DNA from: Smithellaceae bacterium
Lineage (GTDB): Bacteria > Desulfobacterota > Syntrophia > Syntrophales > Smithellaceae
NCBI GenBank assembly: GCA_963667845.2
Contig: CAXXVL010000002.1
Span: 2,880,001 to 2,944,000 of the forward strand
DNA: 64,000 nt
Direction: 5' to 3'
Both the position numbers and the translations under genes were made by a program. Position 1 is the stretch's first letter. Every line of letters starts with the position of its first letter. Positions 17,513 to 27,982 of the stretch are shown piece by piece. The notes beneath the pieces are model-generated. The model ran no database searches, was not told where the DNA came from, and worked only from the letters and a program-made list of their open reading frames with translations.

Positions 17513-17596
17513 CGCTTGGATCCGAAAGGACTGAGACGGCAGGGAATCTTAGAAGGAATATTAAGCCTCTCGTCTTGCAGCGGGGGGCTTTTTTTT
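17513..17596 (+). ncRNA. pan RNA motif hairpin with a downstream attenuator terminator
   Basis: CGCTTGGATCC-GAAA-GGACTGAGACG stem with two bulged A residues, then the terminator AAGCCTCTCG/CGGGGGGCTT plus T-tract, directly before panC. Confidence 0.75.
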
Positions 17597-17604
17597 ATGG
17601 GAAA

Positions 17605-18462
17605 ATGAGAGTTATAGAATCCATCAGAGAAATGCAGACTCACTGTGAAAGCCTAAGGCTCGCAGGTAAAAGTATATCATTTGTTCCGACCATGGGTTAT
17701 TTTCATGAGGGCCATTTGTCCCTGATGAAAAAGGCCCGCGAGACGGCGGATCATGTTGTTGTCAGTATCTATGTCAATCCTACCCAGTTCGGACCCAAAG
17801 AAGATTTTTCCAAATATCCGCGTGATTTTGACCGAGATGCGCAAATGGCGGCAGGAATCGGAGTTGATGTTATCTTTTTCCCGCCGAATCAGGAAATGTA
17901 TCCCGATGGATATCAAACGTATGTTGATGTGGAGAAAGTAACACAAAACTTATGCGGCATATCCCGGCCGGGACATTTCCGCGGTGTCACGACAATCTGC
18001 TGTAAGCTATTTAACATTGTCAAACCTCACACGGCCATTTTCGGGAAGAAAGATTTTCAGCAGTTGGCGGCGATCAAACGCATGGTCGGTGATCTGAATC
18101 TCGATCTGGAGATTATCGGGATGCCGACGTTTCGCGAGCCCGATGGGCTGGCGATGAGTTCGCGGAATGTTTATCTCAGTAAAGAAGAACGGTCATCGGC
18201 TCTTTCACTTGTGAACTCGCTCAAAGGGGCGCAAAAACTTTACGCCGAAGGTGAAAGAAATGCAGCGGTGATGATCAAGCAGGCCCAAAGGCTTATTCAG
18301 AGCGCCCGATTTACCGAGATCGATTACATTAAAATATGCGATGCGGCTACAGTGGAAGATGTGCAGGAAATCACAAGAGAGGCTGTGATGGCTTTGGCCG
18401 TGAAGGTTGGGAAAACGAGACTGATTGATAATTCCGTTTTGGGTGAAGGACTTAAAGCGTAA
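17605..18462 (+). CDS. panC: Pantoate-beta-alanine ligase
   Basis: [43 protein letters not shown]. Confidence 0.97.
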   Translation: MRVIESIREMQTHCESLRLAGKSISFVPTMGYFHEGHLSLMKKARETADHVVVSIYVNPTQFGPKEDFSKYPRDFDRDAQMAAGIGVDVIFFPPNQEMYPDGYQTYVDVEKVTQNLCGISRPGHFRGVTTICCKLFNIVKPHTAIFGKKDFQQLAAIKRMVGDLNLDLEIIGMPTFREPDGLAMSSRNVYLSKEERSSALSLVNSLKGAQKLYAEGERNAAVMIKQAQRLIQSARFTEIDYIKICDAATVEDVQEITREAVMALAVKVGKTRLIDNSVLGEGLKA

Positions 18463-18490
18463 ATTTCTTAGACAGGAGAACACAAATACA

Positions 18491-18850
18491 ATGCAAAGAT
18501 TTATGATGAAATCTAAAATCCATCGTGCCACGGTCACAGACGCCGATTTGCATTACGAAGGCAGCATTTCAATTGACGAAAAGCTTCTGGAAGAAGCCAA
18601 TATGGTGCCTTATGAAAAAGTCGAAATTTATGATGTGGATAATGGTGCTCGTTTTTCCACTTACATCATTAAAGGGAAACGCAATTCGGGAACCATTTGT
18701 CTCAACGGCGCTGCCGCCCGCATGGTGGCAAAAGGCGACTTAATCATTATTGCCACTTACGTGACTGTGGAAGATGACGAAGCCAAAAAATGGAAACCAA
18801 TATGCATTCTCGTAGACGGCAAAAATAAGATTAAAAAAGTTTCCAAATAA
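18491..18850 (+). CDS. panD: Aspartate 1-decarboxylase
   Basis: [14 protein letters not shown] cleavage site, NGAAAR. Confidence 0.97.
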   Translation: MQRFMMKSKIHRATVTDADLHYEGSISIDEKLLEEANMVPYEKVEIYDVDNGARFSTYIIKGKRNSGTICLNGAAARMVAKGDLIIIATYVTVEDDEAKKWKPICILVDGKNKIKKVSK

Positions 18851-18867
18851 CTTTAATCAAACAGATC

Positions 18868-18909
18868 AAAGCACTCCTTTCTTCTTGATAGGGGTGCTTT
18901 TTTTATTTT
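18868..18909 (+). terminator. Intrinsic terminator
   Basis: AAAGCACTCCT/AGGGGTGCTTT followed by a T-tract. Confidence 0.85.
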
Positions 18910-19005
18910 GCAGAGGAAATTGACACAAAGCTATTGAACTCACCTTGGGGGTATGCTATCGATATTTCGCAAGAACGGGCTTACATTTTAATGCATGGAG
19001 GAGAT

Positions 19006-20430
19006 ATGACTTTTCGGGAAATTGATAAAAATATGAAATATAAAGTGGCGGATTTGTCTTTGGCTGCCTGGGGAAGAAAAGAAATGGACCTGGCGGAAAA
19101 CGAAATGCCGGGACTTATGGCCGTGCGCAAAAAATACGGACGCAAAAAGCCGCTGGCGGGTTTGAAGATCATGGGCAGCCTGCACATGACCATTCAGACA
19201 GCCATGCTGATTGAAACGCTCAAAGTATTAGGGGCTGATCTGCGATGGGCATCCTGCAACATTTTTTCAACCCAGGATCATGCGGCCGCAGCGATCGCGG
19301 AAGCGGGCAGTGCGGCGGTTTTTGCCTGGAAGGGAGAGACCCTGGACGAATATTGGTGGTGCACGGAGCAGGCGCTGACCTGGCCGGATGGTTCGGGTCC
19401 CGATTTGATCGTGGACGACGGCGGTGACGCCACTTTATTTATTCATCATGGCGTCAAAATTGAAAAGAACCCGCAATTACTCAAGCAGAAAGTTGACAAT
19501 AAGGAATTTGCCATTGTCGTTTCACGTTTGGAGCAATCTTATAAGAAAAATCCGCAACGCTGGCAGAAAGTGGCCGCCGGAATCCGGGGCGTGTCCGAAG
19601 AAACGACAACCGGTGTTCATCGTCTTTATCAAATGCAGGCGGCGGGTGAACTCCTGTTTCCGGCAATCAATGTGAATGACTCCGTCACGAAGTCGAAATT
19701 TGATAATCTTTATGGTTGCCGGGAGTCGCTGGCCGACGGTATTAAGAGAGCGACGGATATCATGATCGCGGGGAAAATGGTTGTTGTTTGCGGTTACGGT
19801 GATGTGGGCAAAGGCAGCGCGCAGTCCATGCGCGGATTCGGTGCCCGCGTGGTGGTAACGGAAATTGATCCGATCTGCGCCCTGCAGGCGGCGATGGAAG
19901 GTTATGAAGTAAAAACGCTGGAGGAAGTCGCGCCGGTAGCGGACATCTTCGTGACCGCAACCGGCTGCTGCGATGTCATTACCGGCAAGCACATGGAGAT
20001 GATGAAGGATGAAGCCATTGTCTGTAATATCGGTCATTTCGACAGCGAAATCGATATGCATTACCTGGAAACGAGTAAGGCCTGTCGTAAAGAGACCATC
20101 AAACCCCAGGTCGATAAATGGAAGCTGAAATCAGGTCGTTCAATCATTGTCTTGGCAGAAGGACGCCTGGTCAATCTGGGATGTGCAACGGGACATCCGA
20201 GCTTTGTCATGAGCAATAGCTTTACGAATCAGACGTTGGCGCAGATTGAACTTGCCTGTCGGAAATATGATGTTGGTGTTTATACGCTGCCCAAGAAACT
20301 GGACGAAGAAGTCGCACTGCTTCATCTGGGCAGGCTCGATGCCCGGATTTCGAAACTTACGAAAAAGCAGGCGCAATATCTCGGCGTAGCGGTGGACGGG
20401 CCTTTTAAACCCGACTATTACAGATATTAA
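19006..20430 (+). CDS. ahcY: Adenosylhomocysteinase
   Basis: [44 protein letters not shown]. The GGAGGAG SD supports a start at 19006. Confidence 0.97.
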   Translation: MTFREIDKNMKYKVADLSLAAWGRKEMDLAENEMPGLMAVRKKYGRKKPLAGLKIMGSLHMTIQTAMLIETLKVLGADLRWASCNIFSTQDHAAAAIAEAGSAAVFAWKGETLDEYWWCTEQALTWPDGSGPDLIVDDGGDATLFIHHGVKIEKNPQLLKQKVDNKEFAIVVSRLEQSYKKNPQRWQKVAAGIRGVSEETTTGVHRLYQMQAAGELLFPAINVNDSVTKSKFDNLYGCRESLADGIKRATDIMIAGKMVVVCGYGDVGKGSAQSMRGFGARVVVTEIDPICALQAAMEGYEVKTLEEVAPVADIFVTATGCCDVITGKHMEMMKDEAIVCNIGHFDSEIDMHYLETSKACRKETIKPQVDKWKLKSGRSIIVLAEGRLVNLGCATGHPSFVMSNSFTNQTLAQIELACRKYDVGVYTLPKKLDEEVALLHLGRLDARISKLTKKQAQYLGVAVDGPFKPDYYRY

Positions 20431-20442
20431 TTCTTACCGAAT

Positions 20443-20484
20443 CGATGCGTCCTCCGGAAACACGGGGGATGCATCGTCTTATTT
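20443..20484. terminator. Hairpin terminator between convergent ahcY and lptG
   Basis: CGATGCGTCCTCCG/CGGGGGATGCATCG. Confidence 0.75.
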
Positions 20485-20511
20485 AATCCCGTACACGCGA
20501 GACGAGCGTTA

Positions 20512-20581
20512 ATTCTCCGCAGCTTGCTGCGCAATAATCACGTTCATTTCGTACCTCGACAGCTTTGCGGCGTGGTTGATT
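20512..20581. repeat. Two degenerate REP-like / IS200-IS605-end-like hairpins
   Basis: CGCAGCTTGCTGCG..GTTCATT and TACCTCGACAGCTTTGCGGCGTGGTTGATT. Confidence 0.4.
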
Positions 20582-21660
20582 CAAGTTCTTATCCGGTAAA
20601 ACAGGAAAGCGGCGAGACTGCCGAAGAGGATGTTCGACGTCCAGGCTGCAACGATAACAGGCAGGATTCCTGATCTGCCCAGAGACATGCAAAAGGCATG
20701 GACAATCCAATAAGAGAACCCGATAAATATTCCAATCGCTACACTCTGCATCACGCCCCCGGCCCTTTCGGAACGGACGGAAAAAGACATGCCGATGAAA
20801 ACGAGAATCAGGCAGACGAAGGGAAAGGCGATTTTGCCGTACAAATCGACCCTGTATTTTGAAACGTCATATCCTTCGGCCTGTATTTTCTTCACATAGC
20901 GCCGTAATTCAAAATAGCCCATTTTTTCCGCGTCTTTCTGGATGATTTTGAAATCGTTCGGCTGCTCCGGGATGGAGATGACTTTTTGTTTGGACCATGC
21001 CAGTTGCGGGGCATTTTCGCTATTGAAAGTCGTATCGAGCAGGTTAAAAAAGACCCAGTGATTATTCTTCCATTCCGCACGTTCCGCATCAATCCGCTCT
21101 TTCAGCGTAAAATCGGAGTTTAACAAATTGATCGTTATGCCGCGTAAGATATTTTTCTCGACGTCGAATAATTTGAAATTATAAATCGCATTATGGCTGC
21201 GGTACCAGATTTCGTTTTGTTTGAAAAACCCGAGTGTCTTTTGTTTTTGCACGTCCACTTTGACAATATATTCCGTTTTCTGGATGGAGGCCGGCGTGAC
21301 CATTTCTGTGAAGAAAAACAAGAAAACAGAGACAACTGCCGCCACGGCTAAAGCCGGAATGGCGATGCGGTATAGACTTACACCATTAGCCTTCATCGCT
21401 GTAATTTCGCTGAATTTCGACAAGAAACTATACGTCAGCAATGTCGACAACAGAATGGCCGCAGGGAGAATCATGGAAATGATGAACGGAATAGAATACA
21501 AGAAGTAAGACGCCATTTGAGCGGCAGTCGCTTTATTGCTCATGAACATGCGCGATTTTTCAAAAAAATCAATGATGACATAAAGGGCGATGAACGTGAT
21601 GCATGTGATGAGGAAAAACCTCAAAAATTCTCTAAGGATATATTTGTCCAGCAGTTTCAA
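20581..21660 (-). CDS. lptG: LPS export permease LptG
   Basis: LDKYILREF and SEITAMKANGVS; 3+3 TM topology; downstream of lptF. Confidence 0.92.
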   Translation of the reverse strand: MKLLDKYILREFLRFFLITCITFIALYVIIDFFEKSRMFMSNKATAAQMASYFLYSIPFIISMILPAAILLSTLLTYSFLSKFSEITAMKANGVSLYRIAIPALAVAAVVSVFLFFFTEMVTPASIQKTEYIVKVDVQKQKTLGFFKQNEIWYRSHNAIYNFKLFDVEKNILRGITINLLNSDFTLKERIDAERAEWKNNHWVFFNLLDTTFNSENAPQLAWSKQKVISIPEQPNDFKIIQKDAEKMGYFELRRYVKKIQAEGYDVSKYRVDLYGKIAFPFVCLILVFIGMSFSVRSERAGGVMQSVAIGIFIGFSYWIVHAFCMSLGRSGILPVIVAAWTSNILFGSLAAFLFYRIRT

Positions 21661-21670
21661 TGGGTCACCC

Positions 21671-22828
21671 TCAAATCTTTACCTTTTTGGGCCAAAAACG
21701 GTGGTAGATAATTTGAAAAAGAGAAATTTCTTTATTGGCCATATAAAAAAGATAAATGCCAAGTAGAGCAAAAAACAAATTTGGCGCCCAGACGCCGATG
21801 ACGGGAGAAAGCCCGCCTGTTTCCACCAGCGCTTCTCCTCCGATACGCAGAAGATAATAAGTCGCGACGATCATGATACCGACTGCAAATCCTCTCGATT
21901 TAACCGCGCGATGGCTTGTAATACCCAGGGGCAGAGCCAGGAGCCCGAAGAAAAGACACGACAGAGGGATAGAAAACTTTTTGTGGACTTCGATGGCCAG
22001 CTCGCGCACGGCAGCACCGTCCAGCCCGGGTTTCTTCATACGTTCCAGGAGCTCCGTCATGGTCATTTCCGTACTGGACTTATTTTCATCGGTAAATGCC
22101 GCCAGGGTTGTCGATAGATCCAGATTAACGTCATAGCTTTTGAAGTCGACTTTCCGGTAATGTTTCAGATCAGAACTCACGGTATGGATCGAGCCGCTTT
22201 CCAAACGCAGTTTAACAATCATCAGTTTGGGATCGGCGACCAGATAGGCTTTCTTGGCCAGAATGGTATTTTGTTCCCCCAGGATGCGGCTGTCCGAGAT
22301 GAGAACCCCTTCCATGTATTCGCCGTCGGCGGGAATTTTGTCAGCGTACAAAAGAAGACCTTTGAAATCCGCATTAAATACTTTTTCTTTAATCCCGATG
22401 CTGGCATTTTGCGAGGCCAGTTCAAAGAGGAGTTTCTTGGTCGCAAAGTTGCTCTGAGGCACGAGAAAATATCCGATCACAATGGCGCAAACAAAAGCCA
22501 GCAGGGAGGCGATGGCCACGGGATAATAGATCTGAAGCAAACTGACACCCGATGCCTTGAGTGCTGTGATTTCGTTGTCTGCGGAGAATCTGCCCATCGC
22601 AATGAGGATGGAAACCAGAAGTGCGATCGGAATGGTAAATAACAAAAAATTGGGCATGATGAGGACGATCAGATGAACGATATCCCAAACACGGATACCT
22701 TTGTTGACCATCAGATCCATAATCTGGAGAATCTTTCCCATCAGCAAGACGAAGGTCAGAACAAAGAGGATGAGAAAAAAAGGGAAAGCAATCTCCCGAA
22801 ATATATAGCGGTTGATAATTTTATTCAT
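21671..22828 (-). CDS. lptF: LPS export permease LptF
   Basis: INRYIFREI, GRFSADNEITALKASGVS, EVHKKFSIP. Confidence 0.92.
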   Translation of the reverse strand: MNKIINRYIFREIAFPFFLILFVLTFVLLMGKILQIMDLMVNKGIRVWDIVHLIVLIMPNFLLFTIPIALLVSILIAMGRFSADNEITALKASGVSLLQIYYPVAIASLLAFVCAIVIGYFLVPQSNFATKKLLFELASQNASIGIKEKVFNADFKGLLLYADKIPADGEYMEGVLISDSRILGEQNTILAKKAYLVADPKLMIVKLRLESGSIHTVSSDLKHYRKVDFKSYDVNLDLSTTLAAFTDENKSSTEMTMTELLERMKKPGLDGAAVRELAIEVHKKFSIPLSCLFFGLLALPLGITSHRAVKSRGFAVGIMIVATYYLLRIGGEALVETGGLSPVIGVWAPNLFFALLGIYLFYMANKEISLFQIIYHRFWPKKVKI

Positions 22829-22937
22829 ATCGTTAATCAATCAATTTTCTAAAAACTATCATGTATCGATGAATTTGCACAAGCAAAACATGAGACCTTC
22901 ACAAAACAGATTGCTTATGTCTGCTTGTATTGTTTTG

Positions 22938-22966
22938 TTGACAGTCGAATACATTTTGCCTATATT
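22938..22966 (+). promoter_or_regulatory. Sigma70 promoter of the LPS-modification operon
   Basis: TTGACA-N17-TATATT. Confidence 0.7.
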
Positions 22967-23015
22967 CCTGTCACATTTTTAATGACTTGCCTGTTGAAGA
23001 AGGGATTAACACACT

Positions 23016-24245
23016 ATGAAAGTTGATACCATGCGCCGGATCGATTATTATGTTGGCGTCCCCCTTTGTTTCATCGGCACCGCGCTCGTCAAGCTATCCC
23101 GGATGTTCCTGAAAGCTGATCGTAAGGCGGCGCGCAACGTTTTATTTGTTGAACTGTCGGAAATGGGCAGCGCCATTCTAGTAGACCCGGCCATGAGAAA
23201 GCTCGCCCGGGAAACGGGCGCAAATCTCCATTTTGCTATTTTCAAAAAAAACAAGCCTAGTCTGGAATTACTGAAAACCGTGCCTGATGAAAACATCTAT
23301 ACGATCCGCGAAAACGGGATGCTTTTTTTTGTTATCGACACGTTGAAATTCTTCCTATGGACGCGAAGAAGAAAGATCGATGCCGTGATCGATCTGGAGC
23401 TGTTTTCGCGCTTTACGGCTCTGTTGACGGGGTTTTCCGGGGCTCGGGCAAAAGTCGGTTTCCACGCCTATTATAATGAAGGCCTGTATCGCGGAGGGTT
23501 TTTGACCCATAAAGTGGCCTACAATCCCCATATCCACATTGCCGCTAATTTTATTGCTTTGGTCAATGCCCTGAAATCGGAAAAAGAAGAAATTCCGTAT
23601 TCGAAGACAAAGATTTCCAATGAGGATCTTGTTCTGGCTAAAACTTCCGTATCACGCGCTGAGCAGGAATCCATGATCAAGATCATCGGGGATTGTTTTG
23701 CCGGCTTTGATCCGCGAAAGCAAAAAATAATCCTGATCAACCCCAATGCCAGCGAACTGTTGATTCAGAGACGCTGGCCGCCGTCTTATTATGTCCGGCT
23801 GATTAAGATGATTCTGGATAAAAGCCCGCAGGCGCTTGTTTTGATAACCGGAGATCCGCGGGAACGCGAAGAGGCCCAGCATCTGAAAGAGCAGGTGGAC
23901 AACAACCGATGCGTTAATTTTGCGGGGAAAGTCAACTTTGCGCAATTGCCCTCCCTTTACAGCGTCTCAGAATTTATGGTGACGAATGATTCCGGCCCGG
24001 GGCACTTTGCTGCGGTAACCGATATGCCGACCTTTGTTATATTCGGTCCGGAAACGCCTGCGCTTTATGGATCTCTGGGCAGGACAACGCCCATTTTCGC
24101 GGGGCTTGCCTGTTCCCCGTGCGTCAGTGCGTCCAACCATCGCAAAACAGCCTGTAAAGACAATGTTTGTCTTCAGGTGATCGAACCATCATTCGTATTC
24201 GAGACAATCACGTCCAACCTGGAGCGGATCAATGCCCAGAGCTGA
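23016..24245 (+). CDS. Glycosyltransferase family 9 (heptosyltransferase-like)
   Basis: RRWP, TNDSGPGHFAA, IFGPETP, CSPC. Confidence 0.88.
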   Translation: MKVDTMRRIDYYVGVPLCFIGTALVKLSRMFLKADRKAARNVLFVELSEMGSAILVDPAMRKLARETGANLHFAIFKKNKPSLELLKTVPDENIYTIRENGMLFFVIDTLKFFLWTRRRKIDAVIDLELFSRFTALLTGFSGARAKVGFHAYYNEGLYRGGFLTHKVAYNPHIHIAANFIALVNALKSEKEEIPYSKTKISNEDLVLAKTSVSRAEQESMIKIIGDCFAGFDPRKQKIILINPNASELLIQRRWPPSYYVRLIKMILDKSPQALVLITGDPREREEAQHLKEQVDNNRCVNFAGKVNFAQLPSLYSVSEFMVTNDSGPGHFAAVTDMPTFVIFGPETPALYGSLGRTTPIFAGLACSPCVSASNHRKTACKDNVCLQVIEPSFVFETITSNLERINAQS

Positions 24246-25677
24246 AAAGCAGCTATTCATTTTGATCATCGTGCTATTTCTGATTCGCCTGGTGGTGTCA
24301 CCGTTTTTCGGGCTGGGTGTGGATGAAGCGCACTATGTCCTGTACGCCAAATATCTCGATTGGAGCTATCTGGACCATCCGCCCCTTGTGGGTTGGCTGC
24401 ATGCGCCGTTTTATTATATTTTCGGGAGGAGTGAATTTTTAGCGCGCCTGCCTGCCGTCTTACTGTTTGCCGCAACGTCCTATTGCTGCTATGTGTTTAT
24501 CTTCAAGATTACACAATCGACGCGGCTTTCCTTGTATTCCGTTCTGGCCTTGAATTGCTCCTTTATGCTCAATGCCCTGGGCATCATGCTTTTGCCCGAT
24601 TCGATTCTGCTCACGCTGGTTTTTTTGCTGATCTTTGTCGCCGAAAAAATTGTCCGTGATAAAAGACCGCTGGATTTTGTTTTTCTGGGTCTCATCCTGG
24701 GTTTAATGGGACTGGCCAAATATACGGCTATCCTGCTGGTACCGCCTCTGATCGTTTTCTTCCTGATGAAAAAAAGATACGATATTATTTTTTCGCCTTA
24801 CATGATCTTAGCCGCGGCGATTGCGCTTTTATTGATCGCGCCGGTGATCTACTGGAATGTCACGCATGACTTTATCAGTTTCCGCTACCAGGGTTCTCAT
24901 GTGTTCGGGTCGCTCGCGTCGAGCTTCGAATATTTTATCGTGTCACTGGCAGCGCAATTCGGTGCCTACAGCCCGTTTTTATTTATTGTCGCCGTTTACG
25001 GGTTCTTCAAAGTTCTGCGTGATCCGAATGATTATCTTCGTCTGGCCGTCTTATTTGGAGGCACCATCCTGGTCTTCTTCATGGTTACTTCTGTTTATGA
25101 ACGGACGCTCCCCCACTGGCCGTCCGTCTTCTACCTCCTGTTTATCCCGGTCGGGACATATCATTTACTCATGTCGCAGAAGAAATGGCAGAAAACATTT
25201 TTGTATGTTGCTGTGGGGGCAAGTCTGATCGGGATGCTGCTTGCTTACACGGAACTCGCCGGAAAATTTATCCCCTTTCCCGATTACAAATCTCCGTTTC
25301 GCGACATTTATGGATACCCGGAAATGGCGGCCAAGGCGGATGACATCATAAAGCGTGACGCTTCAGCACGATCCAAGGCTGTGGCCGTAACGAACTGGAC
25401 CATGGGCAGCCGGGTGATGTATTACGATTTGCCGTATGGACATGATGTCTTCGTCATGGATTCCCGTCCGGACCAGTTTGACATCTGGCAAACAAAATCA
25501 CCTCTGGGATATGACCTGCTTTTTCTCAATACGCGATTTGAAAATATTGATGTTGCCCGTTTTCTCCGTTGCGATCACGTTGATGTTGCCGGAAAAACAG
25601 ATTTGACGCTCAACGGGTCAAAGGTGAACAGCGTGGAATATGTCTGGTGCCGTAATTATCAGGGAGTGAAAAAGTGA
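24232..25677 (+). CDS. ArnT/PMT-like (GT39/GT83) membrane glycosyltransferase
   Basis: DEAHY, YLDHPPL, LAKYT; multi-TM. Confidence 0.85.
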   Translation: MPRAEKQLFILIIVLFLIRLVVSPFFGLGVDEAHYVLYAKYLDWSYLDHPPLVGWLHAPFYYIFGRSEFLARLPAVLLFAATSYCCYVFIFKITQSTRLSLYSVLALNCSFMLNALGIMLLPDSILLTLVFLLIFVAEKIVRDKRPLDFVFLGLILGLMGLAKYTAILLVPPLIVFFLMKKRYDIIFSPYMILAAAIALLLIAPVIYWNVTHDFISFRYQGSHVFGSLASSFEYFIVSLAAQFGAYSPFLFIVAVYGFFKVLRDPNDYLRLAVLFGGTILVFFMVTSVYERTLPHWPSVFYLLFIPVGTYHLLMSQKKWQKTFLYVAVGASLIGMLLAYTELAGKFIPFPDYKSPFRDIYGYPEMAAKADDIIKRDASARSKAVAVTNWTMGSRVMYYDLPYGHDVFVMDSRPDQFDIWQTKSPLGYDLLFLNTRFENIDVARFLRCDHVDVAGKTDLTLNGSKVNSVEYVWCRNYQGVKK

Positions 25678-26309
25678 AAAAAAGATGGATCGCACTCCTG
25701 ATCGTGACAGCGGGCGTTTGTCTGGCGTGGATGGCCTATATTCAGTGGGACATTCCTGTTGCTTATTGCTGCCATGATTTAAGTCGCCCTGTTCTGGATA
25801 TCGCTGAAATCATAACGAATGCCGGGGATTCAAAATGGTATTTCATCTTGTTTGTGCCGGCATTTTTGATCTTTTGGTTTGTTGTAAAAAACAAAACAGT
25901 CTCGATGAAGATATTATTCCTTCTGGTTACAGTCGCGGCGTCCGGCTTGGTCAGCACACTGATCAAGTGGATCGCCGGAAGAAACCGGCCGATTAACCTG
26001 TTTGATCACGGAGCATTTGGGTTTAATTTCTTTGAAGTCGGCTACGAATTGAATTCTTTTCCATCCGGTCATGCCGTTACGGTTTTTTCTCTGGCGACGG
26101 CTCTGTGCATATTGTTTCCCCGGTTTGGAATTCTGGCGTTTATCCCCGCAATCGCCATTGCTTTGAGCAGAGTGATGATCACGTCTCACTACTTAAGTGA
26201 TGTGATCGGCGGTGCCGTGGTCGGCACGGTCTGCACGCTGATTGTCAAATATTATTTTGACCGGTTCGGAGTCGGGCTAAAAAGACCGCGATCAGGAGAC
26301 CCCGAATGA
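25674..26309 (+). CDS. PAP2-family phosphatase (LpxE-like or undecaprenyl-PP phosphatase)
   Basis: KxxxGRxRP, SFPSGH, SRVxxxxHYLSDV. Confidence 0.88.
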   Translation: MKKRWIALLIVTAGVCLAWMAYIQWDIPVAYCCHDLSRPVLDIAEIITNAGDSKWYFILFVPAFLIFWFVVKNKTVSMKILFLLVTVAASGLVSTLIKWIAGRNRPINLFDHGAFGFNFFEVGYELNSFPSGHAVTVFSLATALCILFPRFGILAFIPAIAIALSRVMITSHYLSDVIGGAVVGTVCTLIVKYYFDRFGVGLKRPRSGDPE

Positions 26310-27970
26310 AGAAACGGTACATTCTTTTTTTAATTCCCGTGATTCTCTATATCGCCCTGCTCGGTGTCATGCCGCAGATGGAACCGGATGAGGCCCGCTA
26401 CAGCCTGATTTCCAGTGCGATGAATGAGACGGGCAATTACATCACACCGCATATCAAGCATACCATTTATCTGGAGAAGCCGCCGCTGGCGTCCTGGATG
26501 ACGGCAATAGCCTTTAAAATCCTCGGCGAAAACGACTTTTCGGCGCGGCTGTTTGCGGGGCTGTCAGCCTGGGGCTGCATTGTGCTCACTTTTTTCATCG
26601 GACGCTATTTTCGTGATGAAAAGACCGGCCTTTATGCTGCTGCCGTCCTCACTATATCGGCTTTCCCTTTTGTTCTGGGACGGATCAACATCCTGGACAT
26701 GCCGCTGACGCTTTTTCTGTGTCTGGCCATCTGGTTTGGATATCTCTCCGTGGTTGAGAAAGGAAAGCGACACCTGTCCTATCTATTTTACCTGGTTTGC
26801 GCCCTGGCTTTCCTGACGAAAGGAATGATCGGCGTCGTCTTTCCCTTTGCGATACTCGTTGTCTGGCTCATCTGGGCCGGACGTTGGCGTCAAATCATTC
26901 GCCTGATTTCACCGGTAGGCATCGTGATCTTTCTGGTCATCGTTTGTCCGTGGCTTTACCTCGCGCAAAAAGAGAATCCGGATTTTCTCTGGTTCTTTTT
27001 TGTCCGCGAGCACTTTCTTCGCTTTACGACGCAGATGCACGGTAAGGCGGAACCCTTTTACTATTTCATACCGATTATCATCGGCGGCATGCTTCCCTGG
27101 GCCGTCTATTTAATTCGGGCCTGGCAGAAGAACTGGAAGTCCTATTTGTTTAAACCAGACCCAAACAGGCTTCTGGCGGTCTGGTTTCTTTTTATCTTTC
27201 TTTTTTATACGGTCTCCTCCTCCAAGCTGGCCACCTATATCGCTCCGGTATTTTTGCCCATAGCCCTTTTTGCCGGCAACCTGTTTCGAACCCATGAGGA
27301 TGGGCTGCCGGATTTATCCGGAAAACGAAGAATGATTTACCGATTTGTTTTAGGGGCTCAGTTATTGATCATCGTGATCGCTCTGGTTCTGCCGCCGATA
27401 TTGAAGCAATACTCTGATCCCGCCAAGGGACTGGTTGTTATGACATCTGACCGGTGGTGGATCTACATCGTTCCAATGCTTGCCGCCGCCGTTTTGCTGG
27501 TTTTCCTGCCTGATCTCATTGCGCGCAGGCTGAGGCGAGGTTGGTTCCCGGCGGTCTATCTGCTTTGCTGTTTGCTCCTGGGTGGCATGATTTTTCCGCT
27601 CAATGATTTTCTTTCTCCCTATCGAAGTGCGCTCATTGCCAGAGATCCGATCGCCCGGCTGGTTCCTCAAGGACAGCTCCTATACCAGTACCGTGTCAAT
27701 TTTTACGGGATCGATTTTTATAACAGGATGCGTACGCCGATCGTTGAAGATTTCGGTGAGTTGGCAGACGGTATCGCCAAAATGCCTTCCGAAGAAAGAA
27801 AAAGATACTTCTTGTCGGTCGATGAATTTTTCGGGAAGATTGACCAGGGAAACGAGATTTACTGCATCACGCAGCATCTGGATAAACTAAAGCAATTGCG
27901 GTTACGGTACTCCCATGTTGACATACTTTGGGACAATAAAGCTTTTTACCTGTTGCGAATCGAAAAATGA
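26306..27970 (+). CDS. arnT: L-Ara4N transferase ArnT
   Basis: PDEARY, YLEKPPL, LTKG, SSKLATYI; adjacent to arnBCAD. Confidence 0.85.
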   Translation: MKKRYILFLIPVILYIALLGVMPQMEPDEARYSLISSAMNETGNYITPHIKHTIYLEKPPLASWMTAIAFKILGENDFSARLFAGLSAWGCIVLTFFIGRYFRDEKTGLYAAAVLTISAFPFVLGRINILDMPLTLFLCLAIWFGYLSVVEKGKRHLSYLFYLVCALAFLTKGMIGVVFPFAILVVWLIWAGRWRQIIRLISPVGIVIFLVIVCPWLYLAQKENPDFLWFFFVREHFLRFTTQMHGKAEPFYYFIPIIIGGMLPWAVYLIRAWQKNWKSYLFKPDPNRLLAVWFLFIFLFYTVSSSKLATYIAPVFLPIALFAGNLFRTHEDGLPDLSGKRRMIYRFVLGAQLLIIVIALVLPPILKQYSDPAKGLVVMTSDRWWIYIVPMLAAAVLLVFLPDLIARRLRRGWFPAVYLLCCLLLGGMIFPLNDFLSPYRSALIARDPIARLVPQGQLLYQYRVNFYGIDFYNRMRTPIVEDFGELADGIAKMPSEERKRYFLSVDEFFGKIDQGNEIYCITQHLDKLKQLRLRYSHVDILWDNKAFYLLRIEK

Positions 27971-27982
27971 GTGAGGGACTGA

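Noticed and set aside
18910..19005. SAH/SAM riboswitch before ahcY
   Set aside because: The leader is short and lacks the consensus.
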